Notes: generated by a model not told the origin, from the letters alone. 64,000 bases of DNA from Acidobacteriota bacterium (GCA_963666055.2 CAXWPH010000005.1:64001-128000), one strand, 5' to 3'. Numbered from the stretch's first letter, positions 1-10,781 are shown. Translations and numbers: made by a program.

Positions 1-2
1 GG

Positions 3-1472
3 CCGCACCACTGCCATCATCACCACCATGGCTGCGGGCGCCAAGAGAAGCTGGTGTATTCGCGGCGCGGGCTGCTCGGGCGGCTCGGCGGTGGCATTGC
101 GGGCCTCGCCTTTGCAGACCTGCTCAGTCGCGACGGCCTGCTGGTTCCCGCGGCGGCGGCGCAGCAGGCGATCAATCCGCTGGCGGCCAAGGTCCCGCCA
201 CTGACCCCGCGCGCCAAGGCGGTCATCTCGATCTTCGCCTTCGGCGGCCCCAGTCACATCGACACCTTCGACCCGAAGCCCGACCTGATGAAGTGGCAGG
301 GGCAGACGATGGAGGGCGTCGGCGACGTCAAGACGATCATGGGCAACCCCGGCGGACTCTTGCCCTCCCCGTGGGAGTTCAAGAAGCACGGCCAGTCTGG
401 AATGGAAGTCTCGGCGCTATTCCCCCACCTGGCCCAGCACGTCGACGACCTCGCGCTGATCCGCTCGATGTATGGCGTCAGCCCGGCGCACTCGCCGGCG
501 CTGTTCCAGATGAACACCGGTAGCATTCTGGCCGGCCACCCGAGCGTGGGTAGCTGGGTAACCTACGGCCTCGGCAGCGAGGCCGATGACCTGCCGGGCT
601 TCATCGTCTTCACCGACCATCGCGGCGGGCCGATTAACGGCCCGCCGAACTGGGGCAGCGGCTACCTACCGGCAGCCTACCAGGGCACCCAACTACGCGA
701 CGGCGCCACGCCGATCGTCGATCTAAAGCCGGCGGTCGACCGTCATCCCGACGAGCAGCGCCGCTGGCTGCGCATGCTGCACGAGATGAACGAGCGGCAC
801 GCCGAGCAGGACCCGCTTGACACCGAGCTGTCGGCGCGGACCTTCTCCTACGAGCTTGCCTACCGCATGCAGACCGAGGCTCCCGACGCGATCGACATCA
901 GCAAGGAGTCGGACGCGACCAAGCGGCTGTACGGCATCGGCGTGGAGCCGACCGACTACTTCGGCCGCCAGGCACTGATGGCGAGGCGGCTCGTGCAGCG
1001 CGGGGTGCGCTACGTGCAGATCTTCTCGGGCGGCGGCAACTTCCAGCCGAGCTGGGACGCTCACTTCGACCTGGTCGCGAACCACAGCATGCACTGCGCC
1101 GAGGTCGACAAGCCGATCGCCGGGCTGATCGAGGATCTCAAGAGCCAAGGCATGTTCGATGAGACGCTGATCGTCTGGCACGGCGAGTTCGGGCGCTTGC
1201 CGATCTCGGAGCGGATGGACGGACGCGACCACAACAACAAGGGTTTCAGCGTCTGGCTGGCAGGCGGCGGGGTCAAAGGTGGCACGGTGGTTGGGGCCAC
1301 CGACCGGTACGGCTATCGGGCGGAGCGCAACCGCAAGTCCGTCTACGAGCTACACGCCACGATCCTGCACCTACTCGGTCTGGACTTCGAGAACCTGACC
1401 TACCGGTTCAACGGCCGGGATAGGCGGCTCACCGACGTGCACGGGAAAGTGATCACCGAGATCCTCGCTTAG
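3..1472 (+). CDS. DUF1501 family protein (sulfatase-like), 5' end runs off the window
   Basis: Tat-like SRRGLL, GGPSHIDTFDPKP, WDAH, GEFGR and GRDH motifs; the frame is open back to base 3 with a His-rich stretch PHHCHHHHHGC. Confidence 0.9.
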   Translation, partial: PHHCHHHHHGCGRQEKLVYSRRGLLGRLGGGIAGLAFADLLSRDGLLVPAAAAQQAINPLAAKVPPLTPRAKAVISIFAFGGPSHIDTFDPKPDLMKWQGQTMEGVGDVKTIMGNPGGLLPSPWEFKKHGQSGMEVSALFPHLAQHVDDLALIRSMYGVSPAHSPALFQMNTGSILAGHPSVGSWVTYGLGSEADDLPGFIVFTDHRGGPINGPPNWGSGYLPAAYQGTQLRDGATPIVDLKPAVDRHPDEQRRWLRMLHEMNERHAEQDPLDTELSARTFSYELAYRMQTEAPDAIDISKESDATKRLYGIGVEPTDYFGRQALMARRLVQRGVRYVQIFSGGGNFQPSWDAHFDLVANHSMHCAEVDKPIAGLIEDLKSQGMFDETLIVWHGEFGRLPISERMDGRDHNNKGFSVWLAGGGVKGGTVVGATDRYGYRAERNRKSVYELHATILHLLGLDFENLTYRFNGRDRRLTDVHGKVITEILA

Positions 1473-1607
1473 GCGATGGAAGCCGATGGCGACAAGCGGG
1501 AAACCGTGAAGGCCCTCATCTTGGACAAAGAGTTCCAACCGTAGCTCACTGTCCCGTCGGCACCCGCTGCTTCACCAGAGAAACCCGGAGGGACACGGGT
1601 TTAGCAA

Positions 1608-1685
1608 TGGCGCGCCCGGCAGGATTCGAGCCTGCGCCCGCTTGCATTAGAAGCCCGCTGCTCTATCCAGCTGAGCTACGGGCGC
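1608..1685 (-). tRNA. Degenerate tRNA-Arg(UCU)-like gene with encoded CCA
   Basis: Minus strand GCGCCCG-TA-GCTC..GAGC, T-stem GCAGG/CCTGC, CGGGCGC-G-CCA. Acceptor, D and T stems pair; the anticodon stem around CTTCTAA pairs poorly and the T-loop is CTCGAAT. Confidence 0.75.
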
Positions 1686-1741
1686 CCGTAGCTCAGCTCA
1701 GCCGAGTCTCGCGAGCCGAGCTGGAGCACGCTTTTTTGGCC

Positions 1742-1762
1742 GGGTGCCACCCTGGGTGCCAC
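1742..1762. repeat. Tandem GGGTGCCAC x2 (12-bp period), probable integrase arm-type sites
   Basis: Direct repeat about 85 bp upstream of a tRNA 3' half. Confidence 0.5.
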
Positions 1763-1845
1763 TCTGTGCAACTCGTGGCACCTGCACAGAGTTGCATGGC
1801 CCGTAAACGCTGGGTCTATTGGGGTTACGGAAGGCCCCAATAAAA

Positions 1846-1888
1846 CTCATAACCCGAAGGTCGCAGGTTCAAATCCTGCCCCCGCTAC
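1846..1888 (+). other. 3' half of initiator tRNA-Met(CAU); att-site remnant
   Basis: CTCATAACCCGAAGGTCGCAGGTTCAAATCCTGCCCCCGCTAC gives anticodon loop, T-arm and 3' acceptor strand; no 5' half upstream. Confidence 0.85.
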
Positions 1889-1908
1889 TCGCATAAACGC
1901 CCATGAAC

Positions 1909-1942
1909 AAAGGGGATTCGGCCAGCGCGGCCGGGTCCCTTT
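1909..1942. terminator. Hairpin/terminator after the tRNA-Met fragment
   Basis: AAAGGGGATTCGGCC..GGCCGGGTCCCTTT imperfect inverted repeat. Confidence 0.55.
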
Positions 1943-2207
1943 CGTCGTCTTTTCGGCCGAAATGTCACGTACATGCCGCGATTGGGGCTTTTCTTGTGAA
2001 CTAGTCTCGGTACTACAGACGAGAGGAAGGCGAATTTGGACGCGGCAGCTAGTACGAGGTTTGCACGGTTGGAGCCTAGTTCAGCGACAATTGGGGGACA
2101 CTGCGGCACAAAAGGGGCTGCGGGAGACCGACAGGGTTCTATGCGCTGATTGTGGCCAGCGGCACGCGCCTCGCTGCCGATATCGGGCCCGCGCCGCGAT
2201 CTGAGCG

Positions 2208-2887
2208 CTATTGCTGCTCGTCGTCCGGTTCGGTTTCTTCTTGCTCGGTTTCTTCCGCCTCCTCCAGCGGTGGCGTCGGAATCGCGGGCTGAGGGTTGAG
2301 CGGCGCCAGGGTGCGTCCGGACAGGGCGGGATGATCGGCAGGCACCGGGGTCGCGCGGAATACCGCGTTGGGGAACTCACCCACCGGATGCGGCGGTGAG
2401 CCGTCCGGCATGCGCACGTCGCCCGAGTAGGGGTCGCGATACTCCCAGATGATCTCGCCATCGGGGGTGACCTCGAAGAAGCGGCCGTGCGGCCCTGAAT
2501 TGACCAGCGTATTGCCGCTAGCTAGCCGGCTGGCGCCCGAGATGAACGGGGCGAGCCAACTCGTGGGGTCGGTCGCCGTATACGCCCACACAGGCTCGGC
2601 GGGTCCGAACGCCTCCTCCTCGGGAATGATGTAGTTGCCTTCGCTGTCGGTGGGCGGGGCGATCTCGTAGACCGCCGAATACTGCCCGCCCTCGGGACCG
2701 TTGCGGTTGCTGAAGACGGTCAGGTTGCCGGCGCCTGCGTAGCCCTCCGGGATCCAGCGCACGTCGTGCTGGTACCCCAGTTGCTGATCCTCGGCCGTAC
2801 CGCGGCTGTACACGCGCGGGTTGCCCCATCGGTACAGCAGATCGCCGCCATGTCCCCAGCGACCGCCGGTGCAGCCCGCCGCCTGGC
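2208..2887 (-). pseudogene. Arylsulfate sulfotransferase (ASST), C-terminal fragment
   Basis: GGDLLYRWGNP, QHDVRWI, ISGASRLASGNTLV, EVTPDGEIIWEY; N-terminal part absent. Confidence 0.8.
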
Positions 2888-2970
2888 AAGCATGCGAGGC
2901 CCCTCAACGCGGGACTCCCGCCGCCTTGGTTGAAGGGCTGTTTCGAGTTTCAATCTGGTTGTCTTGGGGT

Positions 2971-3570
2971 TCAGATCTCGTAGCCCAGCACTCCCCAATA
3001 AGCAATAACTCTCACCTTATCACCTTCCTTGAATCCTGAACCCTTAACCCTAACCTCGACAAGCAGCGACTCTGTTAGTTCGTGAGCCTTCTCAGTGCCC
3101 CTGCATATCGAGAAATCTGGGCTCGGAATCTGACGGGACGCCGTACCGGATCCATACTTGATTTTTGTGCTTCCTTTGGCCAGCACTTTCGAAGCTCCGT
3201 TGGCGCATAACAACTTCAGCTTCCACACCATTCGTCCCACGCTCACTTCACTTGCGAGATCATGGAAGTTCGACGACGCGCCCGCGGGGGTAGTCAGAAG
3301 AAAAGTGATTGCTAATGAAAGAGCGTCTACCCCATCCGAAATAAGAAATAGGTTCGGTGTCAACACGAGAGCTTCAGGTCTAAAACGCGAAGCCTTCGTA
3401 TCGCGCACAAACTCGTAGTCCATATATGCGCCCGTGCCTGCGATTGGGGTCCCTTCATCTTGTGCGAGAACCTTCGGTGCCAAAGAAAAGGTTCCAATCA
3501 ACACCCCAGCGAGCAGCAGCACGCCAACCGCTGCTTCAGGCAACCGCTTTGACAGCAAGAATACGTTCAT
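2971..3570 (-). CDS. Hypothetical exported protein, lower GC than neighbours
   Basis: Signal-peptide-like N-terminus (LLLAGVLIG..VLA-Q); GGAG upstream of the ATG. Confidence 0.55.
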   Translation of the reverse strand: MNVFLLSKRLPEAAVGVLLLAGVLIGTFSLAPKVLAQDEGTPIAGTGAYMDYEFVRDTKASRFRPEALVLTPNLFLISDGVDALSLAITFLLTTPAGASSNFHDLASEVSVGRMVWKLKLLCANGASKVLAKGSTKIKYGSGTASRQIPSPDFSICRGTEKAHELTESLLVEVRVKGSGFKEGDKVRVIAYWGVLGYEI

Positions 3571-3922
3571 GGGCATCTCCGTGCGCTGCCGCCAGGGACG
3601 GGTCCTGGACCAGATCAAGCGCGGCTACATGGGAGACGCCCCAGCGCGGGATTCTCGCCGTCAGGGCCTCTCCTCCGAAAGTTCCAGTGCTGCCCGCTAG
3701 CGCCGGCGGAGCCTGCGTGACGCATCCCGCGCCGAGAGGTAACACCATCCTAGACCCCCAGCACCCCGACCGGGTAGTGTCAGGCCGTGGCCCTCCCCGT
3801 GGTGCGCTCGAGGAACGCAGCTATGCGAGTCGTCAGGGTGTCCCGTGGCGGGTATGAGACGATTAGGGGGGTTGTGGGGAAGTGGGAGCGAGCTTGTGAG
3901 GGATTCGAAGGCAGCGTCGATA

Positions 3923-4153
3923 ATGCGCCTGGCTCCCGGCCGAATCATCTACAAGCAGAAGCAGCACCGCCGCCGCGTCTACCGCTGGTCCATCTGCGAC
4001 GCATGTGGTCGGCTCTGGTACACGCTCGACACCGTCCGCAACGTCATCAAGCGGGATGGCTGCTCACGTTGTCTGTACCCCGGCGCGACCAGGCTGCCGC
4101 CTAAGAAGATTCGCCCACGTACCCCCGGGATGCCGGCCAGGCAGACAATCTGA
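3923..4153 (+). CDS. Small basic putative Zn-ribbon protein
   Basis: CDAC and CSRC pairs; strongly GC3-biased codons. Confidence 0.45.
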   Translation: MRLAPGRIIYKQKQHRRRVYRWSICDACGRLWYTLDTVRNVIKRDGCSRCLYPGATRLPPKKIRPRTPGMPARQTI

Positions 4154-4238
4154 CGCCGGAGAGACGCTGCCTCCCGTGGACCCCCGCGTACCCCGACGAT
4201 AGGCTTCACGCGCCCACCCTCCTCTCTGCGGGAGCGCC

Positions 4239-6927
4239 ATGGAACCCGGCACCAAAAGGCCCCTACGAAGTCACCGAGCAGCTTGGCGCTGGCGGCATGG
4301 GAGAGGTGTACCTGGCGCAGGACACGCGCCTGGGCCGCAAGGTGGCTATCAAGGTGCTGCCCGCCGAGTTCGCCTCTGACCCCGAGCGCCTCGCCCGCTT
4401 CGAGCAGGAAGCCCGCGCTGCCGCCGCGCTGAACCATCCGCACATCGCGGTGGTTCACGATATCGGCACCGAAGGCGACACCCACTTCATGGTGCAGGAG
4501 TACCTGGAGGGAGACACGCTCCGAGAGCCGCTACAGAAAGGTGCGCTGCCGCTCAAGAAGGCGCTCGGCTTGGCAACCGAGATCGCCGAGGCACTCGCAG
4601 CCGCCCATGCCGCCGGGATCATCCACCGGGATTTGAAGCCGGAGAACATCTTCGTCACCAAGGAAGGTCACGCCAAGGTGCTGGACTTCGGCCTGGCGAA
4701 GCTCACCGAGGTGGCGGGGGCAGGCTCACCGGGCGGTGCCACGCAGTCACCCACGATGATGGGGACGGTGGCTGGTCAGGTGATGGGTACTGCCGGCTAC
4801 ATGGCCCCGGAGCAGGTCGAGGGCTCGGAAGAGATCGACCATCGGGCCGACCTGTTCGCCTTTGGCTGCGTGCTCTACGAGATGGCTGCGGGCAGGCAAG
4901 CATTTGCCGGTGAGAGCATCCACGACACCCTCCACCGCATCGGACACCGGGAGCCCAAGCCACTCGATGAGATCGATGACAGCCTCCCATCCCAGCTCCT
5001 GTGGATCGTCCGCAAGTCGCTCGCCAAGGAGCCGGCCAAGCGCTACCAGACAGCCGGCGACCTGGTCGTCGACGTACAGACGCTCGGTACAGACGTGGAG
5101 TCGGGTGCGGCACTCCCGACAACCCCTGTCGCCGTGGAAACGGTTCGCGGCATCCCCTGGAAGCTGGCAGCCCCGATAGCCGTGGCCATCGCCCTTCTGG
5201 CAGCTTTCGGAGTCTGGATCACGATCCCGTCACTGCCAGAGTCCATCGTTCGCCGCTTCTTCATCGACTATCCGCCAGAAACTACTTTCCAGAGGTTTTT
5301 TAGCGCCGGCGTTGCGATCTCACCCGATGGCAGCTCGGTGGTGTTCGCCGCCAACCGGCAGCTTTGGCTCCGAGCGATCGACGATCTGGTAGCCACACCC
5401 ATCCGTGGCACGGAGGGAGCCAGAGGGCCGTTCTTTTCTCCCGATGGCCAACAGCTCGGCTTTTGGGGAAGCGATGGGCAAATGAAGAAGGTTTCGATTA
5501 CCGGCGGTGCGCCGCTGTCGCTGGGGCCAGCGCCTGAGCAAGCGTACGGGGCGAGCTGGGCAGATGACGGCTACATCTACTTCGGGCAGGGTGCCGGAGG
5601 GATCTTGCGTGTCTCGGAGAACGGCAGTGACCCCAAGACAGTCGCCGAGATGGCGGACGGCGAGCAAGCCTACGGCCCCCGACTTCTTCCTGGTGGCGAG
5701 TGGTTGCTGTATACGCTCTTGAGCGGTTCCATCTCGTGGAACAATGCGATCATCGTGGCGCAGCCGGTGGCCGGCGGCGAGCGCAAGGAGCTGGGCATTG
5801 TCGGCACCGATGGCCGCTACGTGCCCACCGGCCACATCGTCTATTCCCTCCAAGACAACCTCCTTGCGGTGCCCTTCGATGCAGGCAACATAGAGGTTGC
5901 CGGTGGACCTGTGCCCATCGTCGAAGGGGTCCGACAAGCGTTTGGTGGCTTCTCGGGAGCAAGCCAGTACGCCTTTTCGGATCGAGGTGGGTTGGTGTAC
6001 ATGCCGGGCGCTGGGGCTTCGGGCGCTTTCCAACTCGCCTGGGTTGATCGTAACGACCAGGTCGAGCTGCTGCCCTTCGAGCCGCGTTCGTCTCTCAACT
6101 TGGACCTATCGCCGGATGACCAGCAGATCGCGCTCGAAATCCAGGGAGATGATGGGGACTGGGACATCTGGATCTACGAGATCGGACGAGGGGGCAGCGG
6201 GGTGCTGCTGACCACGGAGAGCAGCAACCGATTGCCCGTTTGGTCGCCCAATGGAGAGTGGGTGTTCTTCGCGTCGGACCGGAGTGGCAGTAACGACATC
6301 TGGAAGCGGCGGGCTGACCGGAGTCTCGACGTCGAGCCGGTGTTGCATATGGAGACTGCCGTGTGGCCGAGGTCGATCTCGGACGACGGTGAGATGCTGC
6401 TTTTCGAAAGCGGGCTCCCACCGAATCTCGACGTGGGGATACTGGCTCTCGATACACAGGAACCGAAAATGCTCGTCGATACCCCCGCCAACGAGTTTTG
6501 GCCCAGTTTCTCGCCGGACGGTCGCTTCGTCGCCTTTCTGTCGAACGAGACCGGGCAAGACGAGGTATACGTGCGGGAAGTAACGAGCGGTCGAACATTT
6601 CCGGTCTCTACGAGTACCCGTGGCGGTCGTACCCCTCGCTGGTCGCAGGATGGCAGAGAGATTTACTACCGCTCCGCCGTTGGCTCCGGCATCCTCGTCG
6701 CAGAACTGGATGTAGAGTCGTTTTCCGCATCCGACCCTCTCGAACTCTCGAACATCATCACCCCTCTCTTGGGCCCCTTTGATGTCACCGCCGATGGCCA
6801 GAAGTTCCTGGTGACGGTGCCCGCTGGTAATGATGAGACTGGGGGCACGGCACCGGGCACACGACTCAACGTCGTCCTCAACTGGTTCGAGGAGCTCAAG
6901 CAGCGCGTGCCGACGGGAGGCTCCTGA
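4239..6927 (+). CDS. Hanks-type Ser/Thr kinase-TM-TolB/PD40 propeller protein with a frameshift near codon 7
   Basis: [27 protein letters not shown] helix and SPDG repeats. The ATG at 4239 (MEPGTK) is out of frame with GPYEV from 4258. Confidence 0.9.
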
Positions 6928-7106
6928 TGGTCGGCAAGACGCTCGGCCACTACGAGATCCTTCCCCCGCTGGGTGCAGGCGGCATGGGGCAGGTGTACCG
7001 AGCACGCGACACGACGCTGGATCGTGATGTCGCCATCAAGGTGTTGCCGGAAGACTTCGCCAGCGATGCTGGCCGGCTGGCTCGCTTCGAGCGCGAAGCC
7101 AAGCTG
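6927..7106 (+). pseudogene. 5' fragment of a second Ser/Thr kinase
   Basis: [20 protein letters not shown], then abrupt loss of similarity; closely matches the start of the gene at 21457. Confidence 0.85.
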
Positions 7107-7145
7107 CCGCCGGTGCGCATGGCGCATCACGGGCGCTGACCTCGA

Positions 7146-7890
7146 TCAGTAGCTCACGCGCGCGATCTTCGAACTCCAGGCACAGTCACCAGCAACCTTC
7201 GCACCGAACTCACCCGAGATCCATACGTCCTTTGTAGACGACGGGTCCGAGGTCACGCCCACGTAGTCGCCGGTGCGGACCGAATCCTCGTCTTCCGGCA
7301 GCTCCTTGGAGCACTTGCCCGAGGCAAGGAATTTCTGCTTGTCGAACCCGGCGGGGAGCCGCGCCGGGCCAAAGCGCGCGGCTCCTTTTTTCAGCCCGTT
7401 GTAGGCGAGCGAGAGGCGCTTCTTCTTGCCTCCATATTGGAACGCGACGACCACGTCTCCGCCCGAGGTGACCGCAATCCCGGGCATCCAGGCGAAGTGG
7501 TCGAAGACTCCGAACAGGTCCTCGAATCCCACCGCGGCGCCGTTGCCGGTTGGCAACAGCTGCCGGACCCGGATACAGGAAAAGACGTCTTCGGTGTTGC
7601 TGCCGAAAATGCATCCGGACGCGTGGGCGAACCACAGCTGCCCGTCACGGTACACGACCTGAGCCATCATCCGATGGCCGAGCGTGGCGATGTCCTTGTC
7701 ACTGCCCTTCTGGTGTGCTGGTGGAGCAAACGTGTAACCGTTGGTGGTGATGATCTCGTGGCTCACCCTGGGCTTGGCCCGCTCGCCGGCGCGCGCCCCG
7801 TTGGTGATTCGCCAGAGCGCATAGTGCTCCGCGAATCCGACCAACGGCGTGTTGATGGCGAACAGCGGCGTGCCGGCGATGTTGGCGGCT
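7146..7890 (-). pseudogene. C-terminal fragment of an uncharacterised secreted beta-rich protein
   Basis: Coding-like stretch (VYRDGQLWFAH, MPGIAV, RTGDYVGVTSDP, WISGEF); no credible 5' end. Confidence 0.55.
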
Positions 7891-8658
7891 CGTGCCCACG
7901 AACCCCTAGCGGCGTCATGCGGCCACCACGCACAGCGCCACGTACTCCGCGTGGTGTTCGACATCGTGAACGTCGAGGCTACCCAACGAGACGCGGTTCC
8001 CTGGTTGCCCCTCGGTTGCCCACGGGCAACCAGGACGCGCTCCGGTGCGCAGACCAGCGCGCGGGGACACAAACGCTTCGTGTTTCAGCGTGAGCCAGAG
8101 GTAGCGCAGCGTTCACGACCCCTACCCGGCATCCCCGAATTCGGTTGGTGCCAAGAAAGTGCCAAAAACGGCTCCAAACCACCCATTTCCACGGCCTGTT
8201 ACCCCCGAAAACAGGCCGTATCTGCTGGTCCCGGTGAACTCGTTGTTCACTGAACCGACCCGCTGGGCCACATCGTTTCGATCCTAGGGTCGCGGTATGT
8301 GCGCAACGTCCTCGGTGGTTGTGTCGGGAGCTTCTCCCCGAGCCAGCACGCCATCGCGAGCGCCATTCGAGATCATCCGACCCACCCACCTGCGTGCGGT
8401 AGGTCAGATTGGCAGCCGCGGTAAGGTGCTGCTCCAACCCCTGGAGTTCCGAGATCAGGGCCTGGACTCCGGGGAGTTCGGGATCCAGGTGGATGCGCCT
8501 GAAACCGATCAAAGTACGCAACGTGGTGATCGGACGAGTCCGCGAGACTCGAAGATATGGAGGGTGTGCTGACTCGGCATCTCCGCCGTAATCGTAAGCT
8601 GATAGAGCTTGGCTCCGAGTTCCGGCGTTGCTGCAGTCGGCTTCCCTGGATCTTCTGG

Positions 8659-10458
8659 CTACTGCTCTATGGCCGGCGGCGACGCAACCGGTAGCTCGCC
8701 GTGCACTAGCACGCCTTCCATCATCACCGCCGTGGGCTGCACCTCGGGGATGTCCGCGGGATCGAGCATGAAGAGGTCCTCGTCGAGCACCACGAGGTCG
8801 GCGAGCTTGCCAACCTCGAGGGAGCCAATGCGGTCCTCCATGCGAAACGGATAGGCGCCATCGACGGTGAAACCGCGCACGATCGTGCGCAGATCGACAC
8901 GCTCGGTCGCCGGCGGTCGAGGGCTCGCGCCATCGCCCCGGGGCGCCTCCCGCGTATGGGCACCGTGCATGGTTAGATACGGGCTGATGACTGACAGCCG
9001 CCAGTCGTCGCTCGAGAAGGTCACGCGGGCGCCGGCGTCGAATAGCGACTTGGCCATGTAGATACGCGCCATTCGCTCCGGGCCCAGCGCCAGCGCCTCT
9101 GTCTCTTCGGGGTAGGCAGCGCCCACGGCGAACCACCAGGCCGTTAAGTTGGCGGAGACGTCGAGTGTCGCGAGGCGCGGCATGTCAGCGCGATCGATGA
9201 CCTGGACGTGCGACAGCGTGACACGCGGGTACAGCTTTCCCGAGACGGCCGCCCTCGCCGCTTCCACAGCGTCGAGCGCGGTGCGAACGGCGCGGTCGCC
9301 GATGGTGTGCAAGTGCAGGTCGAGCTGCGCCTCGTGCAGCTCGAGCAGGAAGTCGCGCAGCTCGGCCATCGATAACATGGTGTCGCTAGCGAAGCTCGGA
9401 TCATGAGCGTAGGGCTCGAGCAAGGCGCCAGAGTGGTTCGAGAGAATGCCGTCCATGAACAGCTTCACCGTACGAAACCGCAGCCGCTCGCCGCCGTACT
9501 GCCGCTGCAGCCGCCGCATCTCCTGCACCGCCTGAGTGCGGCGCTCGGGAACGAACACCTGGTAGGTGCCCTCATAGCGCAGCGGCAGCCTGCCGGCGCG
9601 TTCGAGACGGGCCAGCAGGCCGTAGACGTGGTCCTCGTAGCCGAAATTGCCGCCGTCGTAGACCGTCGTAACGCCTTTCTCCAGCAGCGTCTGCAGAAAC
9701 GCCACCACGCTGGCCTCGTGCACGTCGGTATCGACGTCGAACTGCGAAGCTAGGTGCTGCCAGCCCGCACCCTCCTTGACCCAACCGGTGGGAACACCGT
9801 TGGCGTCGCGAGCGTACATGGCGAGCCCGGGTCGCGGATCGGGCGTGCTGGCGTCGATCCCGAGCACCTCCAGCGCCTTCGAGTTCAGCCAGTTGCTGTG
9901 CCAGGAGCGGCTGGCGATCCACACCGGCCGGTCTGCAACGATGCGGTCGAGGTCCCGTCGGTGCGGCCCCCTGGACCCGTCGACGAACAGCTCGTTGGGC
10001 CAGCAGCAAAGTCGGATCCAGCCCTCCCCTGGATTGCTCTCGACGTGGTTGCGCAGCGATTCGAGGAACTCCTCGCGGCTGGAGCCGCTGACGGACCCGT
10101 CGTAGTCCTCGAGGTCGATGTAACCCGGATGCGTGTGACCGTCGATGAGGCCCGGGATTACCAGACGGCCCGCCAGATCGACCGTGCGCGTCGCGTCCGA
10201 CACGAAGGCCGCAGCGCCGGCGTCGTCCCCAACGTAGGTGAGCTCGCCGTCCTCGATCGCGACCGCAGTAGCCGACGGGTTGCCGTCGTCCATCGTCACG
10301 ATGTCGCCGCCGGTGAGCACCCAGTCGGCGCCAGCGGCGGATCCACCGCTCCCGTCGTCCCCGGCGTCGCAGCTCACCGTCAGCACGATCGTTCCCACCA
10401 GAGCCAACAAGAGGCTACCCGAGAGGATCGCGCCGCGCGCTCGCGTCCATAGAGTCAT
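8659..10458 (-). CDS. Amidohydrolase 3 (YtcJ-like) lipoprotein
   Basis: PGLIDGHTH, VKLFMDG, HLHTIGDRAV, GSLEVGKLADLVVLD; lipobox-like TVSC. Confidence 0.9.
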   Translation of the reverse strand: MTLWTRARGAILSGSLLLALVGTIVLTVSCDAGDDGSGGSAAGADWVLTGGDIVTMDDGNPSATAVAIEDGELTYVGDDAGAAAFVSDATRTVDLAGRLVIPGLIDGHTHPGYIDLEDYDGSVSGSSREEFLESLRNHVESNPGEGWIRLCCWPNELFVDGSRGPHRRDLDRIVADRPVWIASRSWHSNWLNSKALEVLGIDASTPDPRPGLAMYARDANGVPTGWVKEGAGWQHLASQFDVDTDVHEASVVAFLQTLLEKGVTTVYDGGNFGYEDHVYGLLARLERAGRLPLRYEGTYQVFVPERRTQAVQEMRRLQRQYGGERLRFRTVKLFMDGILSNHSGALLEPYAHDPSFASDTMLSMAELRDFLLELHEAQLDLHLHTIGDRAVRTALDAVEAARAAVSGKLYPRVTLSHVQVIDRADMPRLATLDVSANLTAWWFAVGAAYPEETEALALGPERMARIYMAKSLFDAGARVTFSSDDWRLSVISPYLTMHGAHTREAPRGDGASPRPPATERVDLRTIVRGFTVDGAYPFRMEDRIGSLEVGKLADLVVLDEDLFMLDPADIPEVQPTAVMMEGVLVHGELPVASPPAIEQ

Positions 10459-10551
10459 CGGCCTTAGTAGTCGGACTGCTGCGAGATGCCGTTCACCGGG
10501 CGGTTCGCCACGACGCTCGAGGTTAGCGGCTTTATCGCTCTTCCTACTCAT

Positions 10552-10584
<33 letters not shown>

Positions 10585-10781
10585 TACCTGTACCTCGTCG
10601 CTCGCTCCATGCAGCTGCGATCCTATCGTACCGCAGGGGGCGACCCGTTCGGCCCCTGCAAAGCAACCGAGGCGACCGAAAACGCCCTCTGACGGCCGTC
10701 GAGGCTTGGGCGCAACCAAGTCGCGGAGGCCACTCCGGGGCCGTAACTCGGCCCACGAGCGTTTTGGTTCGCTGGTTCGCG

